DNA of 61,441 nucleotides, filler included, from Bonamia ostreae (Eukaryota): NCBI GenBank assembly GCA_040357525.1. It is 11 parts of 11 records of this genome, joined end to end, with 100 filler letters (N's around TTAATTAATTAA, not from the genome) between each part and the next. Parts side by side here need not be neighbours in the genome. Positions count along the whole stretch, not along the records: positions 11,243 to 16,755 come from JBDODL010000184.1; positions 16,856 to 22,366 come from JBDODL010000185.1; positions 22,467 to 27,973 come from JBDODL010000186.1; 8 more parts are not named here. One strand, 5' to 3'. Shown piece by piece: positions 11,431 to 25,303 of this stretch (position 1 is its first letter; each line of letters starts with the position of its first letter). The notes under the pieces were generated by a model. It saw only the letters and a program-made list of their open reading frames with translations, ran no database searches and was not told where the DNA came from. The position numbers and the translations under genes were made by a program.

Positions 11431-13531
11431 TTATTCGTCATGTGGAGCAATGTTCCTATTAGGCAATCTTCTTTCTGGACAGAAAGTTCTTAAGCAACAA
11501 GAAATTATGAATAAACCGCAGACAAAGATCAAGGATCTAACCCAAGCTGGCATTTTCTCATCATACTGCCCAAATTTGTCGTACAATGACGGCGCGTTTT
11601 CATCTTTAATCAAAATTTTGCAATGAATGCGCCATTAATTATAAATTTGCACCCCAATGAAATAGATACCGCCGAAAACATCGAAGATTTTACATTTTCG
11701 CGCGTTGGTATTGGCTTGCAACCAACCGCTGATGGCCAGATTCGTAAAAGTTTAAATTTTAAGTTTAAAAGTTTCGAAAATTTAATGGCGCAGATTTTAG
11801 TTTTGCCAAAAATATTTTTCATCAATACAAAAAACAAGATTTTTTTTTAAATTTAAAGGCGAAAAAAATAAAACCAAAACAGAGAGCATTGACGCACTTC
11901 AAAGTGCAACAATCGCTATCGATTGAACAAGGATAATTCAGTGGAAAACAATCTTTGTCGACGCAGCAAACCTGTCCTATGTTTATAGTAAAATGAAATT
12001 TTCCATTCGTGGTAACAATGTGTCGAGGATATTCCGACAATTTGACCAAGCAAAAAGTATCCAATTCCAATCCATATTCCATGACGTTTACTTGTAATTC
12101 CGCAAATGTCGCCATGCGTTTTCTGATGTTGTAGGTTACCTTCTTTCCTCTCACCAAAAAGGTAGTTTTGTAACTCTGCGATTCGCATTCTTTTTCCGCT
12201 TCGTCGATTGAGACTATTCTTCTTGTTATCGTAATGTTTTCTTTGATTACATTGTTACCAACAATTCATTTATTGTTATGTAATTTCAAAAACTATTTTC
12301 GCAACACCACGATCCTTTTAATCCAGACGCAGATTGCGTCCCATAAGAATATTCCAAGTACATCTTTCCGTGTCTAGTCAAAAATTCGGTTCGTCCAATA
12401 TGATCAGTAGATTGATCATAGATCTCGTTCGCCGCATTGTCGACTTGTGCGGGATCGCATTTGACGTAATATTTATCATAATCATTAATGTGATCAAAAT
12501 AGGGATCGTATTTTCTTAGAAGCACCTGCGCGCTAGTGTCGTACAAAACGAATATTTTTAAAACAATTGAGCCAAAATCTTTGATCTCTCTGTTTTTGTT
12601 TATGACAATGTAATAATTCAAGTGACCGATGCAAAATTGCCCTCTGAGCCTGACCGATCGAACTGGTACTCCATGCAAACAATTTTTGCTGTCAATATCA
12701 AAACGTTTGAATTCAGCTCTGCCTACTGAAAAATCACACTGTTTCCCTTTAAAATATTTTTTGTTGAAGAAAGATATTTTGCAATGGTCAAAATTTCCGT
12801 CTTTGTTGTAAAAAGAGAAAACATGGTTTGCAATTTAAATTGCAATATTCTGCTGTTATGTTCCTTGCTTTGATATCATCAATCAAACAAAACTTCAAAA
12901 AATAGTTTAATTTTGGAAGGATATAAATTACTTTTATTTAAAAATAAAAGACTGGCTTTCTGTGTTCATCTGGATTTCGGCAGAAATTTTGATCCGATGT
13001 AGTAAGTTTTAATTTGTGTTTGTGAGGATAAATTTTGTTCCAATGTTGGCACTTGTACCCACTTGCAGTTTCGCTTAAAGTCCCTTTGTATTCTTTTCCT
13101 GTGCCTTCACAGTCATCATAAGGACCAGTTTCGACGGCACAGTAATATATGTAACCAGAACTGTAGATGTGCTGGAGCACTGGGATAAGTCCCGTGTATT
13201 CAACACTAGTAAGACATTTGTCTTCTTCGGTTAAAATACCAGTCCCGAATATCCTGTGGTACTCAGGATAGTATGCCCAGAAATACTTGCAGCCGGAACG
13301 ACCCGTATTTGCGTATCTAGTCAATTCTGCAAGATGGCACAATCGTCTTCTGTATCTACGACAAGTCTCAAACGCATTTGTTGCTGCACCCGGCTGTCCA
13401 AACATATAAGGAAATGCTTCAGAGTTTTATTAAAAACAGTCAAAATCTTTTACTGTGTATTGTGGCCTTGTTTTCACGGACCACAAACAGCTGAACATGA
13501 CAACTATAATTACAGCAAAACTTTTCTCCAT
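11431..13531 (-). CDS. Predicted cell-surface protein: signal peptide, kringle, beta/gamma-crystallin-like segment, Cys-knot, TM
   Basis: Signal MEKSFAVIIVVMFSCLWS; kringle CEGTGKEYKGTLSETASGYKCQHW..YPHKH...NFCRNPD...PFC...EYCNLNC; CKISFFNKKYFKG...VRSVRLRGQFC; CFPLNYPCSIDSDCCTLKCVNALC; TM WVRSLIFVCGLFIISCC. Linkage of the last exons is inferred. Confidence 0.7.
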
Positions 13532-13801
13532 CGACAATTTTAAAAAATTAATTTTTTAGTTTCTACAACTTTATGCCTGAAATTTATATGCGCCGTTACA
13601 AGAATTAATTCAATCAAAGTTTATGAAAGATTTAGAAAAATCATTTTATACCGTCATCCACAACACAAAACGAAAGATTATTCTTATTGCCAACGCCAAC
13701 GAAAAATTTAATCTTTATACATAAAAAAGACATTTATTATTTTAGGTCATTTTTTCAAATTTGAACGCTTCTCGCGTCGTGAAAATAAAATGAAAAAGGA
13801 T

Positions 13802-16018
13802 TTAATTTTTAGTAATGTCAATTAGAAAGTTGCCAAGATTTTCAAAATTGTTCTGAATCGCCTTTTTATAATTTTTAGTCAAATTTCGCGCGAACAAAAT
13901 GCCGTTGTCGCCCGAAAAAATTATTTGGAATAAAAAATTCTCAAACAAAATTTTGTGTTCAGCCATAAATCGACTATTTTTTTGAAATTCGAATAAAGGA
14001 TTAAGCCATTCAACATTCTCAAAAATCTCATTTTTATCAAAAATGAATTCCGAGCAATCAAAAATATCGCCCAAATTCTTCAGAATTGGATTCCAATCGA
14101 GTTCATTGTCTTCGAAGAGCAAAATTTCTTTCTCGAAAATTTTTCGGAAAATGCCGAGAAACTGTTTTTCGGAGACAAATTTTATATTTTTTTGTGTTTT
14201 CGCAAAGAAAGACATTATCGCGGTTAACAAAAATAACGATTTTCTTAACATATTTGAACTAAATTTTGAACGTCTTTGGAAAATTTTTTCAAAAATTTTT
14301 TCTGTTTTTTCTAATTGTTCCGAAAAAAGAACGTGGCAATGAGAGTTTGCGCTTATTATCAAATCGATGCAATTATTGTAACAATAAATTTGGTTACTGT
14401 CAAGACACTTTTTAGTTGAAATCACAGAATCTGCAATTTGAGAAATTTTGTTTATTGCGATACAAACGGAAGAATTGTCAAAAATAATTTGCGAAAGGTC
14501 TTCTTTAAGGAGATAATGGTAACTTAGAACCGGCATAAAATGAAAAAGAGCGTTCTCTCGTTTTTTAAAGATTTTAAAGACGATGTTTAATTTTTTAGGG
14601 GTTTTTTCACCATAATCAATGTTTTCCGCAAGCCACCGCACCATTATTGCGAGAAGAGGATCGATGTAAATATCATCGATCTTATTTTATGAAAAATCTT
14701 AATATCCAAATTTTCCAAAAAATGTGAAAAAAAATATACAAAATTTGGTGGTTAAATAATGTACAAAATCGAAAACGCAAAACCAAAAACACAAAATCGA
14801 AAACGCGTTTTAACAAAAAAATCAAAATTTTTAAAGAATTAAAAAAAAATCCGAAAAATGAGAATCTAAAAAACCTCTTCAAAATGTTTGCCGACATTAT
14901 CAAAAACATTTTCATGTAAATCCGTCAACAAATTTTGGAGACCAAAAAAATCAATTTTGCCCAAAATAACTAAATCTAAAATGTTGCCCAACAAAGATTG
15001 GTACATCCCAACAGAACTAAATCTTTTTTCGTCTTTCGATGAAATTTCGATTTTATCCAATAACAATTTAATCTTTTTCAGTAAAAATTTAAAACTTCGA
15101 TATTTAAAACGGTCAAAACAATTTTAGAAAAATCTTTATTGACAAAATTGCTATCGATTTGCGCATTTTGGCAAAATTTGCCCAAATTTGGAGCAGAAAC
15201 TTGAACATCAAAAATTCCATTTTTTGTCAAATCCGATAACACATTTAAAATTTTTAAGCTTTTATCATTTTTTAAGCTTTTGTTTGACAAAATGCAAAAT
15301 AAAATGGCTTTAAGATTTAAAATTATCTCGGAACTCGACAAAATTTGTGGTTTATTATCGATTAGCAAAACTGCCAAAACAGCGTCTAAAAAACAATCGT
15401 CAAAATTGTTTTGAAGATTTTTAACCAAAATTTCCAAATAGTTTTTTGCGTTCGATTTTGTTATCAACAAAATCAACATTTCCGAAAGAGTTTTGTCTTT
15501 TTTTACGATTATTTTCAAAAAATTAAACGTTGTGCAAAAGCTGAAATATCGGAACAAATTTTATTAAAAAATTGATCAAATTTTTTTCCGGTAAAATCTG
15601 ACGATTCGTCGTTAAATATTAATAAAATTAAATCGAGCAAATTATCAAATCTGTTAAAATTTGATTTAATGGCGAAATATTCATTTATTAAGATATCGAT
15701 ATTTTGGTTTATGTCATTTCGTAATTTGGGATTTAAATAAAAAGAAGCCATTAAATCAATGGCGAGGTTTTTGTATTCGATTTTTTCTAAAATAATTGAT
15801 TTAAACTATTTTTTAAGATCGCATTAAAAAATTTTTGGTCTATCGAAAAATAAGTTTTTTCGAGTAATAAAAGCGTTTCATCTTTATTTTTTGAGTTTTG
15901 TTCCAAATATTTTTGCACTAAAAGAAGTCCCGCTATTTTCTTGTTTTGCGTTTATTGAAATTACCTCTTCGTTAATGTTACTGCTACATAACTTAAGATA
16001 TTTTTGAACATTCGCCAT
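13802..16018 (-). CDS. Hypothetical alpha-helical (HEAT/ARM-like) protein; boundaries uncertain
   Basis: Consecutive L/I/F-rich minus-strand ORFs (15515-15751, 15078-15557, 14866-15066, 13802-14644) separated by AT-rich introns; no recognisable motif. Confidence 0.45.
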
Positions 16019-16327
16019 TTGCATTTAAGCTCAAATGCTAAAATTTTGTATATTTTTATATTGGCGATTTTAGCTAAATTAATAAATATTAGCAAATATG
16101 GTCTGAAGGAAGACAAAACTCAAATAAAACTTAAACTATTTTTAATGTCTTTTAAATTCGAGTTTAGACCTAAAGTCCCATTTATTTAGTAAAATTATAA
16201 TATTTATCAAGCTTGAATTTTAAGCTTGAATTTTAAGCTTTTTAAAAGATAAATTTTATTATCAAACTATAAAATTCTCTAATCATCTTAATGAGTAAAA
16301 TTTGCCTTAATTTAAATAGCTATCAAT

Positions 16328-16755
16328 ATGGACGACCTTGATAAACTGAAAAAGCTCTGCGAGCTTAAATACGAGGTTTAAAGCTTTTATAACGTTAAAT
16401 TAACAAAAGGAACAAATGACGTGGTTTCTAAACGTTTTTAAACGTAAATTAAGGCGTTTTGGGGCAATTTGTCTGAAGAGCCAGATCAAATATGGAACTA
16501 TTACCAATGTTAATTGTGCCATTTGACTAAATTTGGATTTTCCAATTTTATCGAAAATGGGAAATTTACATCGATGCTATTTACATAAAATTAATTTTTC
16601 AATTTGAAGTAATGTCGGAAATCGACGAAGACGGCGAAAACGGGACTAAACTAAATCAACTCGACGCTCATCGTTTTCTTGAGCGAACAGGACATCCTCA
16701 TACTGTCTTAGAATTATCTACGATGTTAAGGGAAAAAGCCGCAAAGGAGAAAAAC
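16328..16755 (+). CDS. Calcium-regulated actin-bundling (Dictyostelium 34-kDa-like) family protein, 3' truncated
   Basis: Spliced product MDDLDKLKKLCELKYEEQMTWFLNAFWG...KLNQLDAHRFLERTGHPHTVLEL; the WFLNAFW and AHRFLE motifs are typical of the family. Confidence 0.7.
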
Positions 16756-16855
16756 NNNNNNNNNNNNNNNNNNNNNNNNNNNNNNNNNNNNNNNNNNNNT
16801 TAATTAATTAANNNNNNNNNNNNNNNNNNNNNNNNNNNNNNNNNNNNNNNNNNNN

Positions 16856-18084
16856 CAATTTCTTTTTTAAAATTTTCGTCAAAATTTTGTTCACATTTAT
16901 TTTGACTAATTTTATTATTTAGCTTTAGTTTGGCTTTGATTTCAGTAACAGCTTTTGAGATATTATCGAATTTGCCAATTTCGAATCCGTCTTTTTTGAG
17001 ATAATAAATCGCCTCCAAGATATTCGCCAATTCATATCCTTCCGAGCACAGCGCGGAAATTACGTCGTCTTCAGTCCAAGCAACAACTTTTTCGGAAATT
17101 TTATTGTCCAAAATTTTATTGTCGGTCGGTTCGTCCAACAGAAAAACTTCTTTTTCGACGGATATCGGCTTTTCCGAACTTTTCCCGTCGAGCAGTTTGT
17201 TCAATCCGGTCGATTCTTCAAAATCGATCAGATTTATCGCCTTTTCTTTCGAAAAGCCTTTTCTGTCGTCAATTACTATTTTTTCGCTTTTTCGAAAATT
17301 TTCATCGACCGATTTGGCCGATTTCTTGTTTCTGCTCTTGGCGCGAGGAGATCTTCTCACCACTTTCTGCAACTCGCTGCTGACGGCGTCTCTGATCAGA
17401 TTGTGCAACAAGGAAGTGTTGTGCGGGTTAAGCTTCTCCTTCCGTGCTTTTTCTTCCGACCTCTTCTGCCAAAGTACTTGTGCCATCGGAACACTCATCG
17501 TCCTCACACTTCCGTCTCTGCGAATCCAGGCGTTCTAAAGTGAAAAAATAAACGTGTTTGCTGTCGACGTAAATGTCGTTTCCCTTTTTGCATTCCAAGC
17601 ACATCACGTAGAAATCTTCGATTTGCTCGAATCTGCTGAAAACGGGAATGAAAGTGACGCTGTAGAGATCGTTCGGGACGGCGGGGCGGATCTGGGCGAC
17701 CAACGAATCTATCCCGAGTCTGATTTCGTCGCGTAGTTTTCGCGGCATTTTGAGGCCTAAAATGTAGCCCGTGTCCAAAATGCCGCAAAAAGTTTTGCCT
17801 CCGTCCGCGTTTAGAAAGGCGACCATGTATTTTTCGGCGATGTCCATGATCCTCTGCGCGAGGTGAGTCGCTTTGGTCAAGGCCTTGAACTCGATGAAAC
17901 GGGATTCGTCGGATGGATAGATGTCGTGGCGGTAGAAAAAGTTTTTGCTGAGGTCTGCCACGTTTCCGCGCGTTCTCGGGATTTTGAGAGAACGATTTAG
18001 CGGCTCCTTTGTTTTGTTTTATAATACGTTGTCGCTGATTGTGATGGTTTTGTAAAAGAGTTTTCGCTTGTGATTTTTAGCCAT
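16856..18084 (-). CDS. Schlafen/AlbA_2 domain protein with C-terminal UBA-like helices, 3' truncated
   Basis: DESRFIEFK, KYMVAFLNADGGKTFCGILDTG, AWIRRDGSV; later VISALCSEGYELANILEAI; two short introns. Confidence 0.85.
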
Positions 18085-18363
18085 ACGGAGTTAGAAATTA
18101 TATTACGAAGCTTAGTTCGAGCTTTTACGATTATATTGGAAATGTTTATGTGGATTTTTGATAGTTGTTATCAAGATTTTTCTTGATCGCAATATTGCTC
18201 GAAACTTGCGATTTTTTAATAACGATTTTATGTTTCGAGGTCAGACATTTTTGGTTTTGTTATATGAAAAATCGTTGATAAATGAGCTTTGGAAAATGGC
18301 AAAATTGGTTTTTGACGAATTGCGGGAAAAATGATGCATTTTGGTCGAAGTAAAAATTTAAAA

Positions 18364-19084
18364 CTAAGAAACCATTTGAACGGCGTTGAACATCGTCATT
18401 TCGCCAACTTTGCGAACTTGCACGAAAAACAAAACTTCGTCGTCAACATTAAAATCTCCATTGTTGTCTTTGGGGTAAAAAATAAAAGTTTTCTGTGATT
18501 TTTTGTCTTTGACAAATCCATATCTGTCGCTCTTTTCTACTACAATTCCCTGTTTCTTTATGTGGCTAAACCAGAAAAAATCAAAAAATTGAAACTCGTC
18601 GTTATCAATAAAGTCCTTTTTGATTCTCTTGGCGATTATTCGGCCATTATTTTTTCCGGGGTTTTTGTTTTCACCTATGACAAAGTTGACTGGATCTCCG
18701 ACAGATAAATTTTCGGTTTGGTCTAATTTGTCTCTTTTTTGTTAGAATGTCTGAAAACGAGAAATGGAAGAAGATATCCGATTCTTCGTATTCGATGAAC
18801 CCGAATGCTTTATCTTCGTCGATAAATTTGATTATTCCTTTCAATTGCTACAATTTTTTAAAAAACGTCGACATTCTTGTAAATGTCGTTGTTGTCGTTT
18901 CTGAGCAGTGTTCTATTGTTTTTCTATTATAATTTTTTGTTTTTACGTTGAATTGTGTTGGTTTGTTCGAAATTAGATAGTGCATTGCGAGAGGAAGGCT
19001 TTTTTTAAGTTCAAGAGCGTGAATCGATTCTTCTTCGTTGAATCCCATATTCATCAGCTTTTTAATACTTTGATATGTTGACAT
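18364..19084 (-). CDS. UBA + tandem cold-shock domain protein
   Basis: UBA IKKLMNMGFNEEESIHAL; CSD1 KGIIKFIDEDKAFGFIEYEESDIFFHFS; CSD2 QGIVVEKSDRYGFVKD...DDEVLF; four short introns; 3' end approximate. Confidence 0.75.
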
Positions 19085-19313
19085 TGCCGTTGATCTTGTC
19101 TAAATGGCTAAATGGTAATTTTTGTATTTTATGCTTTTGCATAAAATTGCATAAAATCGCTTTTGTTGAATTTATAAAGTTTACCATATGTTTTATAGTT
19201 TAGGTTTGTTTAAGATTTGGCCAACGGTGTTAAGATCAAACGGGATTTGTACAATATTCTCACAATACAGATTTCAAATATGATTTCATAATTTTTGAAC
19301 TGTCATTCAGAAA

Positions 19314-19372
19314 ATGCCAGTTCCGGGAATTGAACCCGGATCTTTTAAACTGTACATGCTAAGCCCAAGCAC
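19314..19372 (-). pseudogene. tRNA-Ala(AGC)-like 3' relic
   Basis: Minus strand GCTTAGCATGTA...GATCCGGGTTCAATTCCCGGAACTGGCA then TTTT: perfect T-arm, Ala-like anticodon loop, no matching 5' acceptor strand or D-arm. Confidence 0.5.
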
Positions 19373-19409
19373 TGATAAAAAGAAGATTTGGAAAGTTTTA
19401 GTCGAAAAT

Positions 19410-20105
19410 TTAAAAATATTGCAAATCATATTCGCGTCTCTTGGTGTCGTCCATTAAAACCGTATAAGCTTCTACGGCGTCTCTAAACTTTTTGTTGTTC
19501 TTCTTTCTCTCTGTTTCTGCTGCATTCGGATTTCTGTCCGGATGATATTTTTTCACCTCCAAATTATAAGCTCTTTTTATTTCTTGTTTGGAGCAATTTT
19601 TTTGGAGACCGAGAATATTATAATAATCCTTTCGAACTTTTTTTGTGCTTTGCTTTTGATGCTCATAATAGTTTTGCTGGTTTTTGTATTGGCCGTTTTG
19701 GTAATTGAAGTTTGACCCGCCATAAGTTTTGCCGAAATCGCTTTGGTCGAATGGCCCGTATCCGAAATTGTCATTTTTATTGGGATTTGCATTTTGCGAA
19801 ATGCTCTCTAAAAATTTTCTGGCTGCAGGGTGGAGCGATTTCATGAAATCCTTTCAAGTTAAATTTTTGTAATTTTTCGGCGATTTTTAGGGAATTTAAA
19901 CTTGTCCGTTTTTCGTTCTTCTGAAAGTGTTAAATGCGGAAACTATAAAAGGCAGAACAATGGGAACCATCCGGATTATGAGCTTAATGACAGGAACAAT
20001 ATTGATATTTCTTCTGTCGTATTTTATCAATAAAGTTCTTTGTTTACGACTAATGCCCTTATTTAAAATATAATGCCGTTTACTCAATAAATATCTGAAG
20101 AGCAT
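19410..20105 (-). CDS. DnaJ domain protein (C-terminal J domain, possible mitochondrial presequence)
   Basis: KDYYNILGL...EIKRAY...YHPDRNP...EAYTVLMDDTKRREYD; basic N-terminus. Confidence 0.85.
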
Positions 20106-20289
20106 TTTGGAATGCTAAAACTTTTTTGAGCCTTTTGCTATTAGATCAATTTGGTGTATTTGGGATTTAGTTTTTTTATTATGTGAATTCTTATAGCAGA
20201 TTTTAGTTTAGCGGTTTAGCATTAGAAACGTTTTGGAAGACAATGGATTAAATATGAAAAATATCAACAATTGCGAGTTTTTTAATTTC

Positions 20290-22162
<1,873 letters not shown>

Positions 22163-22466
22163 GTTTTAAATTTATGATTTTTTGTTTCGATTAAACAATA
22201 TAATGGTTTGATTTTATTTTGAATAATATAATATAATTCAAACCTTTTAAACGTTTTATAATAATATGGTTTGACTTTATAAATACACATCGTTTGAATA
22301 AGTCTACATTTGACATTTCGTTTTTTAAACTTGCGTCCCAGGTTGAAACCAGTCAAAGATTTTTATNNNNNNNNNNNNNNNNNNNNNNNNNNNNNNNNNN
22401 NNNNNNNNNNTTAATTAATTAANNNNNNNNNNNNNNNNNNNNNNNNNNNNNNNNNNNNNNNNNNNN

Positions 22467-24351
22467 AAGATCTTTCATGATGAAACAATGGACAAAACAG
22501 ACATCGAACTTCAATTAGAACAAATCGGCTCCTACAAAACTTCTTTGCTTTACAATTCGGGCGTCAAACCGTCTTCGGATTCCGTTATGTTTTCAAATTT
22601 TAAAAATTGACATTTCGAAAACTTTTTTCAATAAAAGTGACATTGTTCATTACATCCGAAAATTGCCGTTGATCTCGTTCAAACAACCGTCTGTCATTTA
22701 CACCGAAATCAAGTTTTACGACGAAAGTGATTTAAAGCCGACGGCGTTGGCGGGTTACCAAAACGCGATTCTCAACTTTGAAAACAATCTAATGCCGAAA
22801 GCGCTAGATTTGTATCAATGCGCACAATTTTTTGAACATTTAATTGTAAATCGAAAGAAAAACGAAAACGTTTTTGACAATTTTTTTAACCAATTTTTAT
22901 TATTTTTTCTCATTTATCAATTTTTGACAATTTATTTAAAATTTTTATTTTTTCGCATTTTATCAATTTTTTGACAATTTTTAACAAATCGAATAAAAGA
23001 AAATAAAAATGGCTTTGAGTGAAACAAACGAACATTTGGACAAAATAAAAGAATTCACTGAAGATCTGATCACGACATGTTGGTCCCAGACCATCCCGCA
23101 GATCCCGGACGCGCAAGACGTTCTGAACAAATACCGATTTCTGGACAACGAAGACGACTCGGAAAATTTTACCGTTCGCACCGCTCAACCCAAAATCAAC
23201 AGTTCTCAAATTTAAAATCCAGCCCAAAACTTCGGAACGCACAACATCGCCAAACAAACGATTCGCTTCAGCAATCCGATGTCGCTCTGCATCGACCTCT
23301 TCTCCATCTTCTCCGAATACCGCTCCTTCACCGCCAACTCCGTCCCAAAGTACATTCTCTTCCCCTCCGATTCGCCCGACGTCGCCCCCTCGCTCGACAC
23401 AAACTCCCTCTTCGGGAGAGGAGCCCGCGTCTTCTGCCCGAAGCGCCCGCTCGACGTCAAACAAATGCTCTGCAGCGGCTCGAACGCGACTCGGAAGAGC
23501 ATTTCGCTGTTCAAATACGTCTTCTTGCTCGAAATCGTCAACTCCGGAAACCTCAAAATGAGCGCTCCTTCGATCGACTGCGGGAACACCAAAAACAACA
23601 AGATGAACAAGAACTGTTTGGCCACCTCGACCGCCGTCCCGAGGGCCATCTCGCGGTTGAAGGAAAGCGAGTTCCTCCTGCACAAGAAAATCAGCAACGG
23701 CGTCGACCAGATCGAAGAGAAGGTCAATTCGCTGGTCGAGCGTCTGAGCGCTTTGATGTCGAGGACCGAGAAAGACAGTGCCCAAAAACAGTTGGTGGTG
23801 GAGTGCACGACGGAGTGCGAGCGAATGAAGGCGAACCTGAACTTGTTGAAGAGTTCGGGGGCAGTCGAGACGGCGTCGAACGAGGTGGTCTCGGATCGCT
23901 GCGAGCAGTTGGTTTACGGGCCGAAGGTGTGGTGCGAGATGGGAGCGCAGAACGAGGCTTTTCGCGAAGGAATGTCGAACGAGTTGAAAGTGTTCGTGGA
24001 GAGGAACTTGAGCGGGGAAGACAAGGAGGTGAGAGAGCTGCGGCTGTTCGTGGAGAATGTTTGAGATTTTTGAATTTAAAGAAAATTTCTTTGGAAAGAG
24101 AAATCGGCGAAAAGGAAAAAAACGCGGAAAGTGAAGTGAAAGCAGCTTTCGACGCGTTGTTGAGTTTGAACGAGAGAATGAACAACCCCGAAATAACAGT
24201 TGGCGAATTGGAAGATTTGAAGACGGTTTTGCTTTTTCTCGAGAGAGTCCATAACGACATTGAAGAAGAGGCGTCGTTGAAAATTGAGAAAGTTTTTGAG
24301 CTGAGTTTTGAGAATGGATATGCGGTCGAAATGGAAAAGAGAGTTATTTAA
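22467..24351 (+). CDS. Hypothetical protein, 5' truncated, coiled-coil C-terminus
   Basis: Chained ORFs 22663-, 23009-, 23279- and the end of 23077-24351, with coding-like composition; no recognised family. Confidence 0.5.
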
Positions 24352-24369
24352 ATGTTATTCTATTTTTCT

Positions 24370-24535
24370 TTTTGATTTTTGATTAAAAAACAAAATATTA
24401 TTTTGTGATTTTTGATTTGATAAAAAAAATTTTTTTTGCGATTTTTGATTAGATAAAAACAAATTTTTTTTGCGATTTTTGATTAGATAAAAACTAAATA
24501 TTTTTTACGATTTTTGATTTGATAAAAACAAAATA
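24370..24535. repeat. Intergenic tandem repeat, about 32-35 bp unit, about 5 imperfect copies
   Basis: Recurrent gatttttgatt(a/t)gataaaaacaaa. Confidence 0.8.
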
Positions 24536-24600
24536 TTTCTTCTTTAACGAAGTACAAGAGGATAATTTTGTAAGATGTTTAATAGCACAACAAGATAATA

Positions 24601-24978
24601 TCACTTATACAAATCTTTCTTATCGTCTTTTCTCACCAAAAATTTTTCTAAAGATGTTAAATAGTGCCATAAATTCGAGTGGAATATAGATAAGTGTTCA
24701 TTATCGTTTTGCAATTCAATTAATTTTATTTTAATATCCTTGGTATCCTTATCATCAACATTTATATCGTCTGTTATAAATGCATCGTATATGATAATGC
24801 AATATAAAAGTAACCAATATTTTTTAAAATGAGGAATTAAATCGATTTTTTTTCCAAATATATTATTCAAATTTTGAATTTCATTAATAATTTCATCTTT
24901 ATCCAAGCGATTTATTTTGGATTTTAAATTTGAAATTTCTTCTGCAATAATGTTTGCATCTTTGTTAATATAATCCAT
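24601..24978 (-). CDS. Hypothetical protein
   Basis: 125-aa ATG-initiated ORF, very AT-rich; no motif. Confidence 0.35.
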   Translation of the reverse strand: MDYINKDANIIAEEISNLKSKINRLDKDEIINEIQNLNNIFGKKIDLIPHFKKYWLLLYCIIIYDAFITDDINVDDKDTKDIKIKLIELQNDNEHLSIFHSNLWHYLTSLEKFLVRKDDKKDLYK

Positions 24979-25303
24979 CTTAAATTTTGATACTTTTTGG
25001 GTTAACTTTAATTCGCGTTTAACAAAATTAATAACTTTTGATATTTAATTGAAATTTCTTGTTTAAAACCAGTTTTTAAACATTAAAATTGCCGTTTTTA
25101 AGCATTAGCGATTTTGTTAAAATTAAATTCTATTTTTAAAAGTAATTTACTTTTTTTAAGATAAAAACGAAGTTCAAAAAGATTTAATAACCGAGAATGT
25201 AATATTAGCAGTTTTTTAATCTAAAAAAACTGAGACCAATTCTAATTCTAAGATTGCTGAGAAGGATGGACATAAAGAAATAAAGAATTTGATCAATTTG
25301 TTT

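Noticed and set aside
12938-13405. Kringle gene as animal host contamination
   Set aside because: It has the same 21-22-nt GTT...AAG introns and base composition as the other genes.
13420-13440. In-frame TAA TAA and fragmented ORFs suggesting stop-codon reassignment, frameshifting or pseudogenes
   Set aside because: Every case examined is resolved by a short GT-AG intron, and TAA, TAG and TGA each terminate conserved genes.
19290-19320. Permuted tRNA, with GACAGTT downstream of the 3' half
   Set aside because: Mismatch in the acceptor stem, no D-arm, and a T4 terminator intervenes.
22910-24351. Long overlapping and antisense ORFs (also 4630-5379 and 54414-55115)
   Set aside because: Expected shadows of GC-richer coding exons; no independent motifs.
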